From contig NC_057719.1 in NCBI RefSeq assembly GCF_004010195.1, positions 81,333,132 to 81,397,131 of the forward strand: a stretch of DNA of 64,000 nt, written 5' to 3'. The stretch comes from Chiloscyllium plagiosum (taxonomy: Eukaryota). A program made the translations under genes and the position numbers. Below, piece by piece: positions 1 through 12,673 of this stretch; position 1 is the first letter of the stretch; every line of letters begins with the position of its first letter. Under the pieces are notes generated by a model. The model worked only from the letters and a program-made list of their open reading frames with translations. It ran no database searches and was not told where the DNA came from.

Positions 1-182
1 GTTCAATAGGTGAGTGGGGAGGGGATGAAGGGGATAGGGTAGGGAGGAGGGTGGAGTGGATAGGTGAAAAAGGAGATAGGCAGGTAGGCCAAGTCATGGG
101 GACAGTGTTGAGCTGGAAGTTTGGAACTAGGGTGAGGTGGGAGAAGGGGAAATGAGGAAACTGCTGAAGTCCACATTGATGT
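1..182 (-). mobile_element. Penelope-like element fragment (family B, end of ORF plus pyrimidine-rich 3' region)
   Basis: Reverse complement matches 30410-30600 (..atcaatgtggacttcagcagtttcctcatttcccc..). Confidence 0.75.
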
Positions 183-642
183 GATGTTTGGTAGAATTGA
201 GCGACAAATGCAGTGAGGCTGCGAAGGTTAGGCACAACTCATTGCACCTTTTATACTTTTCACAATCAGCGTGGCATGACGACTGATATTAATGCTGGTT
301 AATCAATCAGTTAATGGCACAACTTGTCACATTTAATATTCAGTCTCTCATCTTACCAAACTCCAAGATGTTGGCACAGTGACAGGTGAGGTACAGTGAT
401 ATATTTCTAAGTCAGGATATTTTATGACGTGGAGAGGAAGTTGAAAATGATAGCCTTCTTAATGTCAATAAAGTTTATGCAAAGAAAACCAATAATTCCC
501 ACCTCAATTTCAAACATGTTTAGTGCTACAGCATATGAAATCATAAGTGACAAAACAGATAACAATGGAGGATCATTTTCAACTCCAACATAAAATGTGG
601 CAGTGTTTAAAAAGCGTACAGCTTGCTGATCACAAGGAACTA

Positions 643-727
643 GAGTCGAAAAGTGTGGTGCAGGAAAAGCACAGCATCTGAAGAGTAGAAACGTTGACGT
701 TTCAGGCATAAGTCCTTTATCAGGAAT
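643..727 (-). mobile_element. Short PLE family B pLTR fragment with degenerate hammerhead (696-723)
   Basis: Minus strand reads CTGATAA-A-GGAC-TTAT-GCCT-GAAAC-GTC, followed by the family B body ...gcttttcctgcaccacac. Confidence 0.7.
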
Positions 728-3690
728 CAGGAACAAGGTCGACTTGGAAGAATTGCTATCACTTTTGAGAAAAGGCTGTTATCAACAGGTTCAAACTGTT
801 GTAAATATACTCACTGCAGTCAATGCATTTTCACACATCTGGCTCTCAATCTTTCTTATATCACAAAAGGCCATTCAGCCTGTGTCTGTGCCACTTTTTT
901 GAAAGGTATATCCAATTCGCTACAGTGTCCCTTGCTTTTAGATCCACACCAACATTTTTCCTCAAGTATAAAAAAGCCTTCAATAAAATAACTTCTGTCA
1001 AAAAATGTCTCAAAAAATATTCACTATAAAAAAGATGACAAAATAAGAAATAATTTGCATGTACAACAATTACTTTTTTGTACCTGAATAATGAGTACTC
1101 CTAAACATTGGAAATCCAGACTGCTTTTAACAAAGAATTTGCTTTTCAACAGAGATTTCTATGTGAAGGTCAGAATAATTCAACTGTAAAAATGAAATTA
1201 TTTTATCACTAATCTCTAACTCAGAGTCATCAAGTAAATTTTCCCATCTGATGGCACACATGAAACAAAGATGGAGGCTCTTTCAGCCATACAATTAATG
1301 CTTCCCAACTGGACCAAATAATTTTAGGATCTATGTAGTTACAGCATCAGCTTTGTTGGCTGACTGGCAGAAATAAAAGTGACTAACAGAGCCAATGTGC
1401 ATCAGGACCACTCTGTTGAAAATTTTATTTGACAAAGCTGAAAGGACAACATACTAGTTTGGGTTCTCCATTAAGCCTGCACATCTATTCAAGAATGGGC
1501 ATATTCTGCTTTCAATAGAATAAAAAGACTGAGCTCAGTGAACAGCAAGAGGGACAACATTGCTTTGAACAAGATAGCTGGGCATGGGCTGCGGTAACAG
1601 GGACACAAGAAGGGCTGAGAGTGTCAATGAAGTATTTTTGAGGTCATAGTCATCATTGTAATGTAATAAATATCCCATTCATTTATCCTGTACACATTTC
1701 ATTGCATTCCATTCATTTCTCAGTACTTGATGTACTGCAGTCCATGCGTTAGCCTGTTGGACTCAATGCAGCCAATGTAATTTTCACAATGTAACAAGAG
1801 GACCTAAAGTATTACAATTCAAAGCATATATTTTCTCATTTAATAGCTGAACATATTATTTTGATTAGCTGACTAATGTACAAAACAGAACCATCTTTGG
1901 AAGTAAGTTTGCTCACTGAGCTAAAAGGTTCATTTTCAGACATTTCATCACCATACTAGGTATCATCAGTGAGCCTCTGGTGAAGCACTGGTGTTCGTGA
2001 CCGGCTTTCCATTTATGTATTTAGGTTGGTGATGTCATTTCCCATGATATCATTTCCCATTCTTTTTCTCTGGGGTCTGAGTCAATATTTGTTGATAGAG
2101 TTCCAGTTAGAATGCCATGCTTCTAGGAATTCTCGTGTGTGTGTCGGTTTGTCCTAGGATGGATGTGCTGTCCCAGTTGAAGTGGTGTCCTTCCTCACCT
2201 GTATATAAGGATACTAGTGAGAGTGGGTCATGTATTTTTGTGGCTAGTTGATGTTCATGTATCCTGGTGGCTAGCTTTCTGCCTGTTTGTCCAGTGTAGT
2301 GTTTGTTACAGTTCTTGCAAGGTATTTTATAAGTGACATTAGTTTTGCTTGTTGTCTGTACAGGACCTTTCAAGTTCATTAGCTGCTGTTTTAGTGTGTT
2401 ATTGGGTTTGTGGGCTACCATGATGCCAAGAGGTCAGAGTCGTGTGGCAGTCATTTCCGAGATGCCTTTGATATAGGGGAGAGTGGCGTGGATGTCTGGA
2501 CATATTTTGTCTGCTTGTTTGGGTTTGTTGCTGAGAAATTGGTGAACTGTGTTCTTTTCAAATAGACTGAATAGGTGATTTTCTTCTGCTCTTCGGAGTT
2601 CCTCTGTGCTGCAGTGTGAGACGGCTTGTTGAAATAATGTTCTAATAAGACTTCATTTGTGGGTGTTGGGATGATTGCTTCTGTAGTTCAGTATTTGGTC
2701 CGTATGGTGTTGTTTTCCAATCCCAGAACTAGACAACCAAATCATAGCCCTTCTCAAAAAGCTTCAGAAATCTGAAGAATTAAATAAGACCAACTTCCAA
2801 AAAATGAAACCAGATGGATCCAACACACCACGCTTCTACAGATTACCCAAAAATCACAAACCAGGAGCTGCCCTCAGACACACAGTCTCGCTATCTGGAA
2901 CACCAAGGTACAGATTAGCCGAGGAGCTACAAAGATTAAAACATTTAGTAGAAGACTCACACCACTCCATCCACTCCACCCAAGAATTCCTGAACACCAA
3001 AAACACCAAGATAGAAGAGGATGACATAATGGTCTCCTTTGACGTAAAAGCACTGTTCACATCTATCAACATCAATCTGGCCAAGGAAACACTGACTACT
3101 CTATTAAAAGAACCAAAGACACACACCTAACACCAACTTCATAAGCAAGGACAACATCATCAAGCTAGTGGACCTCTGCCTTACCATCCACTTCACTTTC
3201 GACAACAAAATCTACAGACAAACCAACAGAATACCATGGAATCTCCAATAATCAGGGTTCTTACAGAGGCAGTAGTGCAGAGATTCGAACAAATAACTCT
3301 ACCAACCATCCAACCCAAACTTTGGGTCTGCTATGTGGATGACACCTTTGTCATCACTAAACGAAACAAATTAGAGGAAACCTTCAAGACCATCAATAAT
3401 ACCCTTATTTGGCATAAAATTCACTCAAGAGGAGGAAAACAACAAACTGCCATTCCGAGATGTCACAGTAGAGTTAACAGCCAATGGGAAAATTCAAACC
3501 AACGTCTACAGGAAAACAACACGTACGGACCAAATACTGATCTACAGAAGCAATCATCCCAATACCCACAAACGAAACTGCATTAGAACATTATTTTAAA
3601 TGAGCCACCACACACTGCAGCACAGAGGATCTACAAAGAGCAGAGGAAAATCACCTATACAGTGTATTTGAAAAGAACGGGTACCCAAAG

Positions 3691-4108
3691 TGTTGTCCCA
3701 TTTCCATATCAGTTGAAGCAAACACTCAGACACAGTATGGCTCTACCTTCTTCACTTTTATTCCAAGCCCTGGCGAGACAGCAATCGCCCATGTACACAA
3801 GGACACATGTTCTCAGTCTTCTCTCAAACAGCAGATTCTTAAGGAATTATATATCACTTACAGGGAACAGTATCCAAATAAGGCAACATCTATACTATGT
3901 TGATTGGGTGACCATTATAATCAGCAAGTATCAACAGTAAAGCTTAAGCCATCTGGCATTACACAATAGATATTCTTCACCTCATTAAACCACTACCCTT
4001 GCCTCCAGCACCTCATTGTATACTGCAAGTTCTTCTCTGGTCAAAATCATGTTAGCAACCCTAAATTTAACTCTTTCCCTACCTGCTCATACCTTATGCA
4101 CATTTTCA
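3691..4108 (-). mobile_element. Solo LTR nested in the PLE
   Basis: TG...CA termini; imperfect 4-bp TSD aaag/aatg; interrupts the PLE; homologous to 49514-50022; TATATAA then AATAAA on the minus strand. Confidence 0.8.
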
Positions 4109-4699
4109 AATGAACACAGGTCCGCTGATTCCTCAGCAACAATCCCAATCAAGCAGACAAAACATGTCCAGAAACTTGAGCCACTCTCTCCTACATCAAA
4201 GGCATCTCAGAAATGACTGCCAGACTACTTGGACCTATGGCACCATGGTAGCCCACAAACCCACCAACAGACTAAAACAGCAGCTAATGAATTTGAAAGA
4301 CCCTATGCAGACAACAAGCAAAACTAATGCCATTAACAAAATACCTTGCAGGAACTGTAACAACCACTACATTGGACAAACAGGCTGAAAACTAGTCACC
4401 AGGATACATGAACTAGCCACAAAAATACATGACCCACTCTCACGAGTATCCTTACACATAGGTGAGGAAGGACACCACTTCGACTGGGACAGCACATCCA
4501 TCCTAGGACAAGCCAAACCAACATACACACACGAGAATTCCTAGATGTATGGCATTCCAACCGGAACTCTATAAACAAACACATTGACTTAGACCCCATT
4601 CACTACCCTCTGAGAAAAAGAACTGGAAATGACATCCCCAACCCAAGGAAACCTAAATAAAAAGCAGGTCATAAACACCAGTCCTTCACCAGAGGCTCA

Positions 4700-4733
4700 C
4701 TGATGATGTTACCGACTATCGAGATGAAACGTC
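4700..4733 (+). ncRNA. Minimal hammerhead ribozyme motif in PLE pLTR (helix II partly decayed)
   Basis: tca-CTGATGA-T-GTTACC-gactat-CGAGAT-GAAAC-GTC-tga. Confidence 0.65.
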
Positions 4734-6511
4734 TGAAAACGAACCTTCCAGTTCAGGGAGCAAGCGTACATGGTTTCCAGAACCTCAACCTGAGCTACAA
4801 ATCTTCTCAAAACTTGCCAGAACCATTTTTTTTTAAACTTTGATGCAATAAAGTTGTTTCTTATGTTAGAAAACAAAACTACTGTTTGGGAATGGTGATC
4901 TCCAGTGCATAGCCCTGTGTTCATTGTCAGTCACAGGCATCCCACCAAATATCCTTTCAGTCTTTGATCTTGCAGTTTAAAACTATTGCTTTCTGTTTTT
5001 GATAGATACCAAATGGAAAACATGCACTCAGATTGAAACTACATAATTAATGAAAGGACGTCCTTTCAATCTGGGATGCAGGTGTTAATAAATGCACCTT
5101 GATTGATGAAAATGTAGCATTTGTCAGTATTCACACAATGCAGATGTGAATTAAGCAAACTTATCTATGCAAAGCTATTATCCATAGTTTGCTAATGTGT
5201 GAAGGCAACAAGCCTGAATTTTTAAATCAATTATTTTTTTAGTGAATCAAATTCTAAGGAAAACCTACCAGGCCTGAATGCTAATTTTTAGTTTATCAAG
5301 GTCATTCTGACTTGATCAGTTTATAAAGCTTGCATCATATGGATCATATCTCAGGTCAATTGACAGCAGACAAGAAAATATAAATATGGCTGTTATTCCA
5401 AATAAATCACTAGAAACTAAGAGACTGGGAAGGTCTGCCGATTGCTGAAATCATTTCTGACCAACATTTAATCCATTTCCATCATTATTAAAACTAATGT
5501 TCTGGTCATCTATCATATTGCTATCTTTGAGGATTTGCTGTGCAGAAATTGGCTGCCATTTTCATAAGTTACAATAGTGACTACACTTATGGTTTTTAGT
5601 TGGCTATAAAGCATTTTGGAACTTACTGTGGTCAAAGGTCCTCTAAAGAATCATGACTGACCCGGAAAATGAAATAAATGGTCTTGATAATCCTAATAAG
5701 CTTTAAACATCAACGGTAATTAGTCGCATGTCCTATTACAATACCACAATTTGAAATCAAAGAAAACACAGTTCCATTTAAAAGTAAACAAAAATCAAAG
5801 CCTTCCTTTCAAATTTCCCTTCATAAAAATTATGTTGTTTACATATCAATGAATCACACCAAGCTATTCAAACATGATCTTTACTCCTAATATAATTAAA
5901 ATATCAATTTCCTTGGTTACAAAGGATTAGATTATGATGTCTTTACAGTAATCAATTTATTTTACACTTTGTTTATTTGAGAGTATACAAAATCAGAATA
6001 TAGTTACAAATGAGAAATGTCATTCGACTATTTTAGCAATCCAGACACATTGCCGTTTGTCACAATCTCTTCCATGATTCCAAGGTATTTGCCTCTGGGA
6101 CTATTTGGGAGGCTATTCCACACATCAACGTAAAGAAGAATTCCCTGACATCAGTCCTTTTATTAATTTGAATCTTCATCCCTCAATTTTAGCACCACAT
6201 TTAATTTACTTAAGCTAAAGCCAAATTCTAGATTAACTTTCCCTGAACTTTTACAAATTTTCTGACTCCCGAGGCTGAGGATTGTGGGCTCAACTCCATT
6301 TTAGAGAACTGAGCACAGCATCTAGACTGATGGACTATGGAAACATCAGACTTGTTCAGGTGACACAAATCACTTAAGATAATCATTACAAACAGCTTAA
6401 CTTGGAGTTGAAGGGTCCTGTCCTGATCCTACCTTTGTGGCTCAGTGATGATGCTACTACTGAGGCCAGGAGGCATGGATTCAATTCCCATCCACTCCAG
6501 AGGTGTGTTAT

Positions 6512-6796
6512 AACACCAAAGATACGCACAAGAATTCTGAGAGTCTGGGCATTCAAACCGGAACTCCGATAACATATTGGTAAATGGGGTCCAAATCAGT
6601 CTCTCAGAAAAAGAACTGGAAGTGATATCACCAAACACAATAGATCAAGACACATAAATAGCAAGCAGGATAGAACACCAGCACTTTATAGGAGGCTCAC
6701 TGATGATTTTACCTAGCATGGTGACAAAACGTCTGAGAACAAATCTACCAGCTCAGCAAGTAAACTTACAACCTGATCCACAACCTGAGCAACAAA
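6512..6796 (+). mobile_element. PLE family A-related 3' fragment/pLTR with hammerhead motif at 6700-6733
   Basis: Similar to 4510-4800; ctca-CTGATGA-T-TTTACC-tagcat-GGTGAC-aAAAC-GTC-tgag. Confidence 0.75.
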
Positions 6797-6800
6797 GAGG

Positions 6801-7930
6801 GAGTCATAGAGACATACAGGACGAAACAGACCCTTTGGTCTAACTTGTCCATGCCGACTAGATATCCCAACCCAATCTAGTCCCTCCTGCCAGCACTTGG
6901 CCCATATCCCTCCAAACCCTTCCTATTCACATACAACATTTAAAAGGCAGCTGGATGGGTAATTGTACTAGCCTCCACCACTTCCTCTGGCAGCTCATTC
7001 CATACACGCAAAACCCTCTGTGTGAAAATGTTGCCCCTTAGGTCTCTTTTATATCTTTTCCCCTCACATCCTAAACCTTTGCCCTCTAGTTTTGGATTCC
7101 CCACCCCAGGGAAAAGACTTTGCCTATTTACCCTATCCATGATTTTATAAACGTCTATAAAGTCACCCCTCAGCCTTTGCTACAGGGAAAACAGCCCCAG
7201 CCTGTTCAACCTCTCCCTATTGCTCAAGTCCTCCAACCCTGGCAACATCCTTATAAACTTTTTCTGAACCCTTTCAAGTTTCACAACATCTTTCCGATAG
7301 GAAGGAGACCAGAATTGCACACAATATTCCAACAGTGGCCTAACCAATGTCCTGTACAGCCGCAACATGACCTCCCAACTCCTGTACTCAATACTCTGAC
7401 CAATAAAGGAAAGCATACCATACGCCTTCTTCACTATCCTATCTACCTGCGACTCCATTTTCAAGGAACTATGAAGCTGCACTCCAAGGTCTCTTTGTTC
7501 AGCAACACTCCCCAGGAACTTAGCATTAAGTGTATAAGTCCTGCTAAGATTTGCTTTCCCACAATGCAGCACCTCACATTTATCAAAATTAAATTCCATC
7601 TGCCACTCCTCAGCCGATTAGCCCATCTGATCACGATCCCGTTGTAACCAGAGGTAACCTTCTTCACTGTCCACTACACCTCCAATTTTGGTGTCATCTG
7701 CAAAATTATTAACTATACCTCTTATGCTCACGTCCAAATCATTTATATAAATGATGAAAAATAGTGGACCCAGCACCGATCCTTACGGGACTCCACTGGT
7801 CACAGACCTCCAATCCTAAAAACAACTCCCCATCACTAGCCTCTCTTTTACCTTTTGAGCCAGTTCTGTATCCAAATGGTTAGTTCTCCCTGTATACCAT
7901 GTGATCTAACCTTGCTAACCAGTCTCCCAT
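6801..7930 (-). mobile_element. CR1 LINE 3' portion (RT C-terminus + 3'UTR)
   Basis: ORF 7180..7599 [31 protein letters not shown]..; ends in the ctctatgactc tail. Confidence 0.92.
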
Positions 7931-7933
7931 CTG

Positions 7934-9087
7934 GGTAAGGCCTTTGACAAGGTTCTGCATAATGAACTAGTTAGCAAGGTTAGATCACATGGTATACAGG
8001 GAGAACTAGCCATTTGGATACAAAATTGGCTAGAAGGTAGGATACAAAGGGTGATGGTGGAGGGTTGTTTTTTTGTCCTGGAGGCCTGTGACCAGCGGTA
8101 CACCACAACCATCAGTGGTGGGTCCACTGCTTTTTGTCATTTATATAAATGATTTGGATGTGAACATGGGAGGTATGGTTAGTAAGTTTGCAGATGACCG
8201 CTAAATTGCGAGTGTAGTGGATGGTGAAGGTGGTTACCTCAGAGTAGAACAGGACCTTGATCAGATGGACAAATGGGCCAAGGCATGGCAGGTGAAGTTT
8301 AATTTAGAGAAATGTAAGATGCTGCATTTTCGTCGGGCAAGTGAGGGCAGGACTCATACACTTAATGGTAAGGTCCTCGGGAGTATTGCTCAAAGAGACC
8401 TTGGAGTGCAGGTTCATAGCTCCTTGAAGTAGAGTTACAAGTAGATTGGATAGTGAAGGCGGCATTTGGTATGCTTTCCTTTATTGGTCAGAGCATAGGA
8501 GTTGGTAAGTTATGTTGCGGCTGTACAGGATGTTGGTTATGCCACTTTTGGAATATTGCGTGCAAATCTGATCACCTTCCTATCGGAAAGATGTTGTGAA
8601 ACTTGAAAGGGTTCAGAAAAAATTTACAAGGATATTGCCAGGGTTGGAGGATTTGAGCTATAGGGATAGGCTGAATAGGCTGGGGCTGTTTTCCCTGGAG
8701 CATTGGAGGCTGAGGGGTGACCTTGTAGAGGTTGATAAAGCATGATGAGCATGAATAGGATAAATAGACAAAGTCTTTTCCTTGGGGTGGGGGAGTCCAG
8801 AACTAAAGGTCATAGGTTTAGGGTGAAAGGGAAAAGATATAAAAGGGACTGAAGAGGCAATGTTTTAACAGAGGGTGGTCCATATATGGAATGAGCTGCC
8901 AGAGGAAGTGATGGAAGCTGGTACAATTACAACATTTAAAAGTCAGCTGGATGGGAATAAGAATAGGAAGGGCTTGGAGGGATATGGGCCAAGTGCTGGC
9001 AAATGGGACTAGATTAGGTTAGGATATCTGGTTGGCATGGCCTATTGGACGGAAGGGTCTGTTTCTATCCTGTACATTTCTATGACT
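7934..9087 (+). mobile_element. CR1 LINE 3' portion, head-to-head with the preceding copy
   Basis: KAFDKV, KFADD and WQVKFNLEKCKMLHF motifs; same tail (..tctatgact). Confidence 0.92.
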
Positions 9088-9462
9088 GTCTCTGCATCTC
9101 CAGTTTGAACACAGCCTTGTACAAATTGAACATAAAAATGGCATAAAATTTGAGAAATCTCATGCTTGATGTTGCCTTCCATTTACATGGTGAGGAAAAA
9201 CAGTTTTAAAGTTTTACAATGCAAAATAAATTTAAACAAAATACAGGAAATATTACAAAAATGTGCAAAGCAAAAATGAGGTCACAGACAAAAAATATAC
9301 AATATACAAGTATAAGCCTCAAATTCCATGACTGACTAGGAAACAACTCTTCAGTAGTGTTGCTATCTTGCAGCTCCATGCCACTTTGTAAATAAGTGAA
9401 CATTAGTGCAGTAGTAGTCACTTTTTTTGTAAATAGCACCCAAAGTTACACATGCTTCTGCC

Positions 9463-10958
9463 AGAGGTCCCCAGCATCACAGATGCCAGTCTTCAGTCAA
9501 CTTGATTCACTCCTCATATCAACAAGAATGAATGAAGGCATTAGATACTGCAAATATATGGGCCGTGACAACATTCTGGCAATAGTACTGAAATCTTGTG
9601 CTCCAGAAATTGCCATGCCCTTAAGCTGTTCCACTACAACTACAACACTGACATCTACCCAACAATGCATTGGACACAAAAAGTAGGACAAATCCAATCT
9701 AGCTAATTATCACCTCCATTAGTGTATTCTCAATCATCAATAGTACAATCAAGTAGCATTTGATCAACAACAACCTACTCACTGATGCTCAGTTTGAGTT
9801 CGACAATGGTAAATTGGCATTATTGCAGCATTAGTTCAAATATGAACAAAAGAACTAAGTTCCAGAGGTGATGCGAGAGTGACAGCCCTTGACATCAAAG
9901 CCACATTTCACAGAGTGGCATCAGGAGCACTGGCAAAACTGAAGTCAATGGGAAATGGGGGAATATTGTCCACTGATTGGAATAATACGTAGCACTAACA
10001 AAGGCGTGTGTGGTTGTTGGAAGTCAGACATCCCAGTTTCAGGACATCTCTGCAGCAGTTCCTCAGGTTATGTCCTTGGCCCAACTTCTAATCTGCTTCA
10101 ATGACTTCCCCTCCACCAAAAGGTCAGATGATAGCAGTGTTTAGCACCATTTGAAATTCCTCAGATACTTAAGCAGTGCATAACCAAATGCAGCAAGACC
10201 TGGACAATATCTAGGTTTGGGTTGATAAGTAGAGGAAACATTCTCGTTATAAAAGTTCCAGGCAATGATGATCTCTAACAAAAGGAAACAAGTGTAACCG
10301 TTGCCCCTTGACATTCATGGTAATTCCATTACTCTATATCCTGGAGGTCACCATTGATAAGAAACTGAAAATCGACTCACCATGTTAAGATTACAAATGC
10401 ATTTCAGAAGCTATGAAGCACCTTCTGACTCCAGAAAACCTGTCCACCATCTGAAAGGCACATGTCAGGAGTGTGGTGGAATATTCCCCACTTGTTTGGA
10501 TGAGTGCAGCTCCAACACCACAAGAAGCTTGATGCCATCCACGACAAATCAGCCCGCTGAGTGGCACCATATCCTCAATCATTTACTCCCTGTATCACTG
10601 ACATTCAGTAGCAACAATGTGTACCATCTACAAGATGTACTACAGAAATTTTTCAAGGGTCCTTAGACAGCACCTTCCAAACCAATGACCAATACTATCT
10701 AGAAAGACAAGGACAGCAAATATATGGGAACGTGGATGCATGCAAATTCCCTTTCAAGCCATTCACGATTGTATCTTGGAAATATATTGTTGTTCCTTCA
10801 ACGTCAGCGGATCAAAATCCTGGAACTCCCTCCCTATTTTCACCTGAAGTAAACAGACTGCAGTGGTTCAAAAAGGAAACTCACCACCATCTTAAGGAGG
10901 GATGGGCAATTTCTGCTGATTTAGCCAACAATCTCACATCTCACAAATGAATGAAAAA
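9463..10958 (+). mobile_element. Decayed CR1/L2-group LINE (second family), RT + 3' tail
   Basis: MGRDNILAIVLKSCAPEIA (GPDNIP-like), ALDIKATF and GVPQG-like remnants; tail ..gggcaatttctgctg..cacatctcacaaatgaatgaaaaaa. Confidence 0.75.
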
Positions 10959-11732
10959 ACAACAGTAGCATTGCCACAGGTAATAAACGACATCTTTCGT
11001 TGCTCCTGTCTGCAGCAACTAGCCAAGGTTTCATTGCCACCTGCATGCCTACAACCCATACCTCAGAATGACAAAGATAACAGGTACATGGGAAAACCAT
11101 TACCACCAAGTTTCTGTCCATGTCAAATTTACCCGAATTTGATTACCTTTATCAAACAAACTCAAAACCTTCAAACTTCTTAATTAGCAGCAAAGTGAGA
11201 GCACCTTTACTACTTGGACTGCAAGCAAAAAAAGAAAGTGGTTCAACACCATCATCTTAAAGCAAATGAGGCTGGCCAATAAACACTTAAGGAAGGGGGG
11301 TAATCTTAAGAGTGATTTTGTTTAGAAAAACCGAGTTTCCACTGCAACTGGATTGCAAATCTTGCAATTCTCCATGCTGTTTACATGATCTCTTGGCATT
11401 ACTTTTTGATCATGGATGTGGCATGTAGGGTACATTTTGAAAACTGGAATGAATTTATGCGCCACACCCACCTTTCCTCATTAACTTAATTGCAGCCTGG
11501 GATAATCAAGCACAAAATAATCCCCGGAACAAAAATTTCTGTTTAATGAATGGGTCATTAGCCTCCCAAACTGTATAGCCGCACTGTTCAAAAATCAGAG
11601 GCATAATGGGGTGGTGGTGGCAATGCATCTCAATAAACATGATCTAGCCTTGCGCTGGGTGCAGACAGAACAGTAAAACAGAGAACCTGTTCAAATCTGC
11701 ATAACTTCTCAACCAAACTCTTAAGTTAGCTG

Positions 11733-12324
11733 CCTAGACCGTGGTGCTGGAAAAGCACATAGATCCGGCAGCATCCGAGGACCAGGAGAATCAGGAATGA
11801 AATTTGTGGGCCAGGGGGGCTGAGAGATGAATGGGAGAGCAGTGGGCTGGGGGAGAAGGTAGCTGGGAATGTGATAGGTAGATGAAGATTGGGGGAGAAA
11901 GCTGATAAATTGGAGAGGAGAGTGGAGTGGAGAGGAGGGTGGAGTGGAGAGGAGGGTGGAGTGGAGAGGAGGGTAGAAAGAAAGATGGGCAGGTCAAGAG
12001 GGTGGTGCCAAGTTGGAGGCTTGAGACTAGGATAAGGTGGCGGGGTCATTGGTGAAACTTATCCCAGTCCCAAGCCTCCAATTTGGCATTGCCCTCTTGA
12101 CCTGTTCACTATCCTTCCCACCCATACGTTCCACCCTCCTCTCCGACCTATCACCTTCTCCCCCATCCCGCCTCCAATTTATCTCTCAGCCCCCCAGCCC
12201 ACAAGCCTCATCCCTGATGGAAGGGCGTCGATTTTACTGCACCTCGCATGCTTCCTGACCTGCTGTGTTTTTCCAGCACCACACACAACTCGGATTTCCA
12301 GCATCTGCAGCCCTCACTTTCTCC
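11733..12324. mobile_element. PLE family B inverted pLTR pair, hammerhead core deleted in both arms
   Basis: Minus arm to ~12050, plus arm 12060-12324 ending in tail ctcactttctcc; imperfect TSD tcttaagttagctg/tcttaaactagctg. Confidence 0.75.
11911..11974 (+). repeat. 17-bp purine-rich tandem repeat (ggagtggagaggagggt, ~3.5 copies) inside the PLE
   Basis: Direct inspection. Confidence 0.85.
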
Positions 12325-12536
12325 TCTTAAACTAGCTGAAAAACAACAGTGACTATTGTAACTATGTTTGAGAAATATTCTCACTTCCTCAACGGATAGG
12401 TTTTTAGCCTTCTGTGGATTGAACATGCAAAACTTTTACTGGTAAATACTTCCTTTCGTAATAAACAAGTGAAATCACTTTCAGGATCAAGTATCATTCA
12501 AAACTCACCAAACCCCCAAACCGAAACATATTAGCT

Positions 12537-12673
12537 AGAAAATCAACATTTTGGGCAAAAGCCCGAAACGTTGATTTTCCTGCTCCTTGGATGCTTGTCT
12601 GAACTGCCGTGCTTTTCCAGCACCACTCTAATCCACAATCTGGTTTCCAGCATCTGCAGTCATTGTTTTTACC
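12537..12673 (+). mobile_element. 137-bp fold-back mini-PLE (family B variant)
   Basis: Perfect 13-bp TSD aaacatattagct (12524-12536 / 12674-12686); palindromic 5' end centred on GGGC-aaaa-GCCC. Confidence 0.85.

Larger units (their letters stand above)
1899..4817 (+). mobile_element. Penelope/Poseidon-type PLE (family A): 5'-truncated RT + GIY-YIG pseudo-ORF with an inverted 5' copy (1899-~2718)
   Basis: RT motifs VSFDVKALFTSI and YVDDTF; GIY-YIG-type KIPCRNCNNHYIGQTG. The inverted copy encodes KIPCKNCNKHYTGQTGRKLATRIHEH. TSD cagaaccatcttt (1886-1898) / cagaaccattttt (4818-4830). Frameshifted. Confidence 0.92.
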
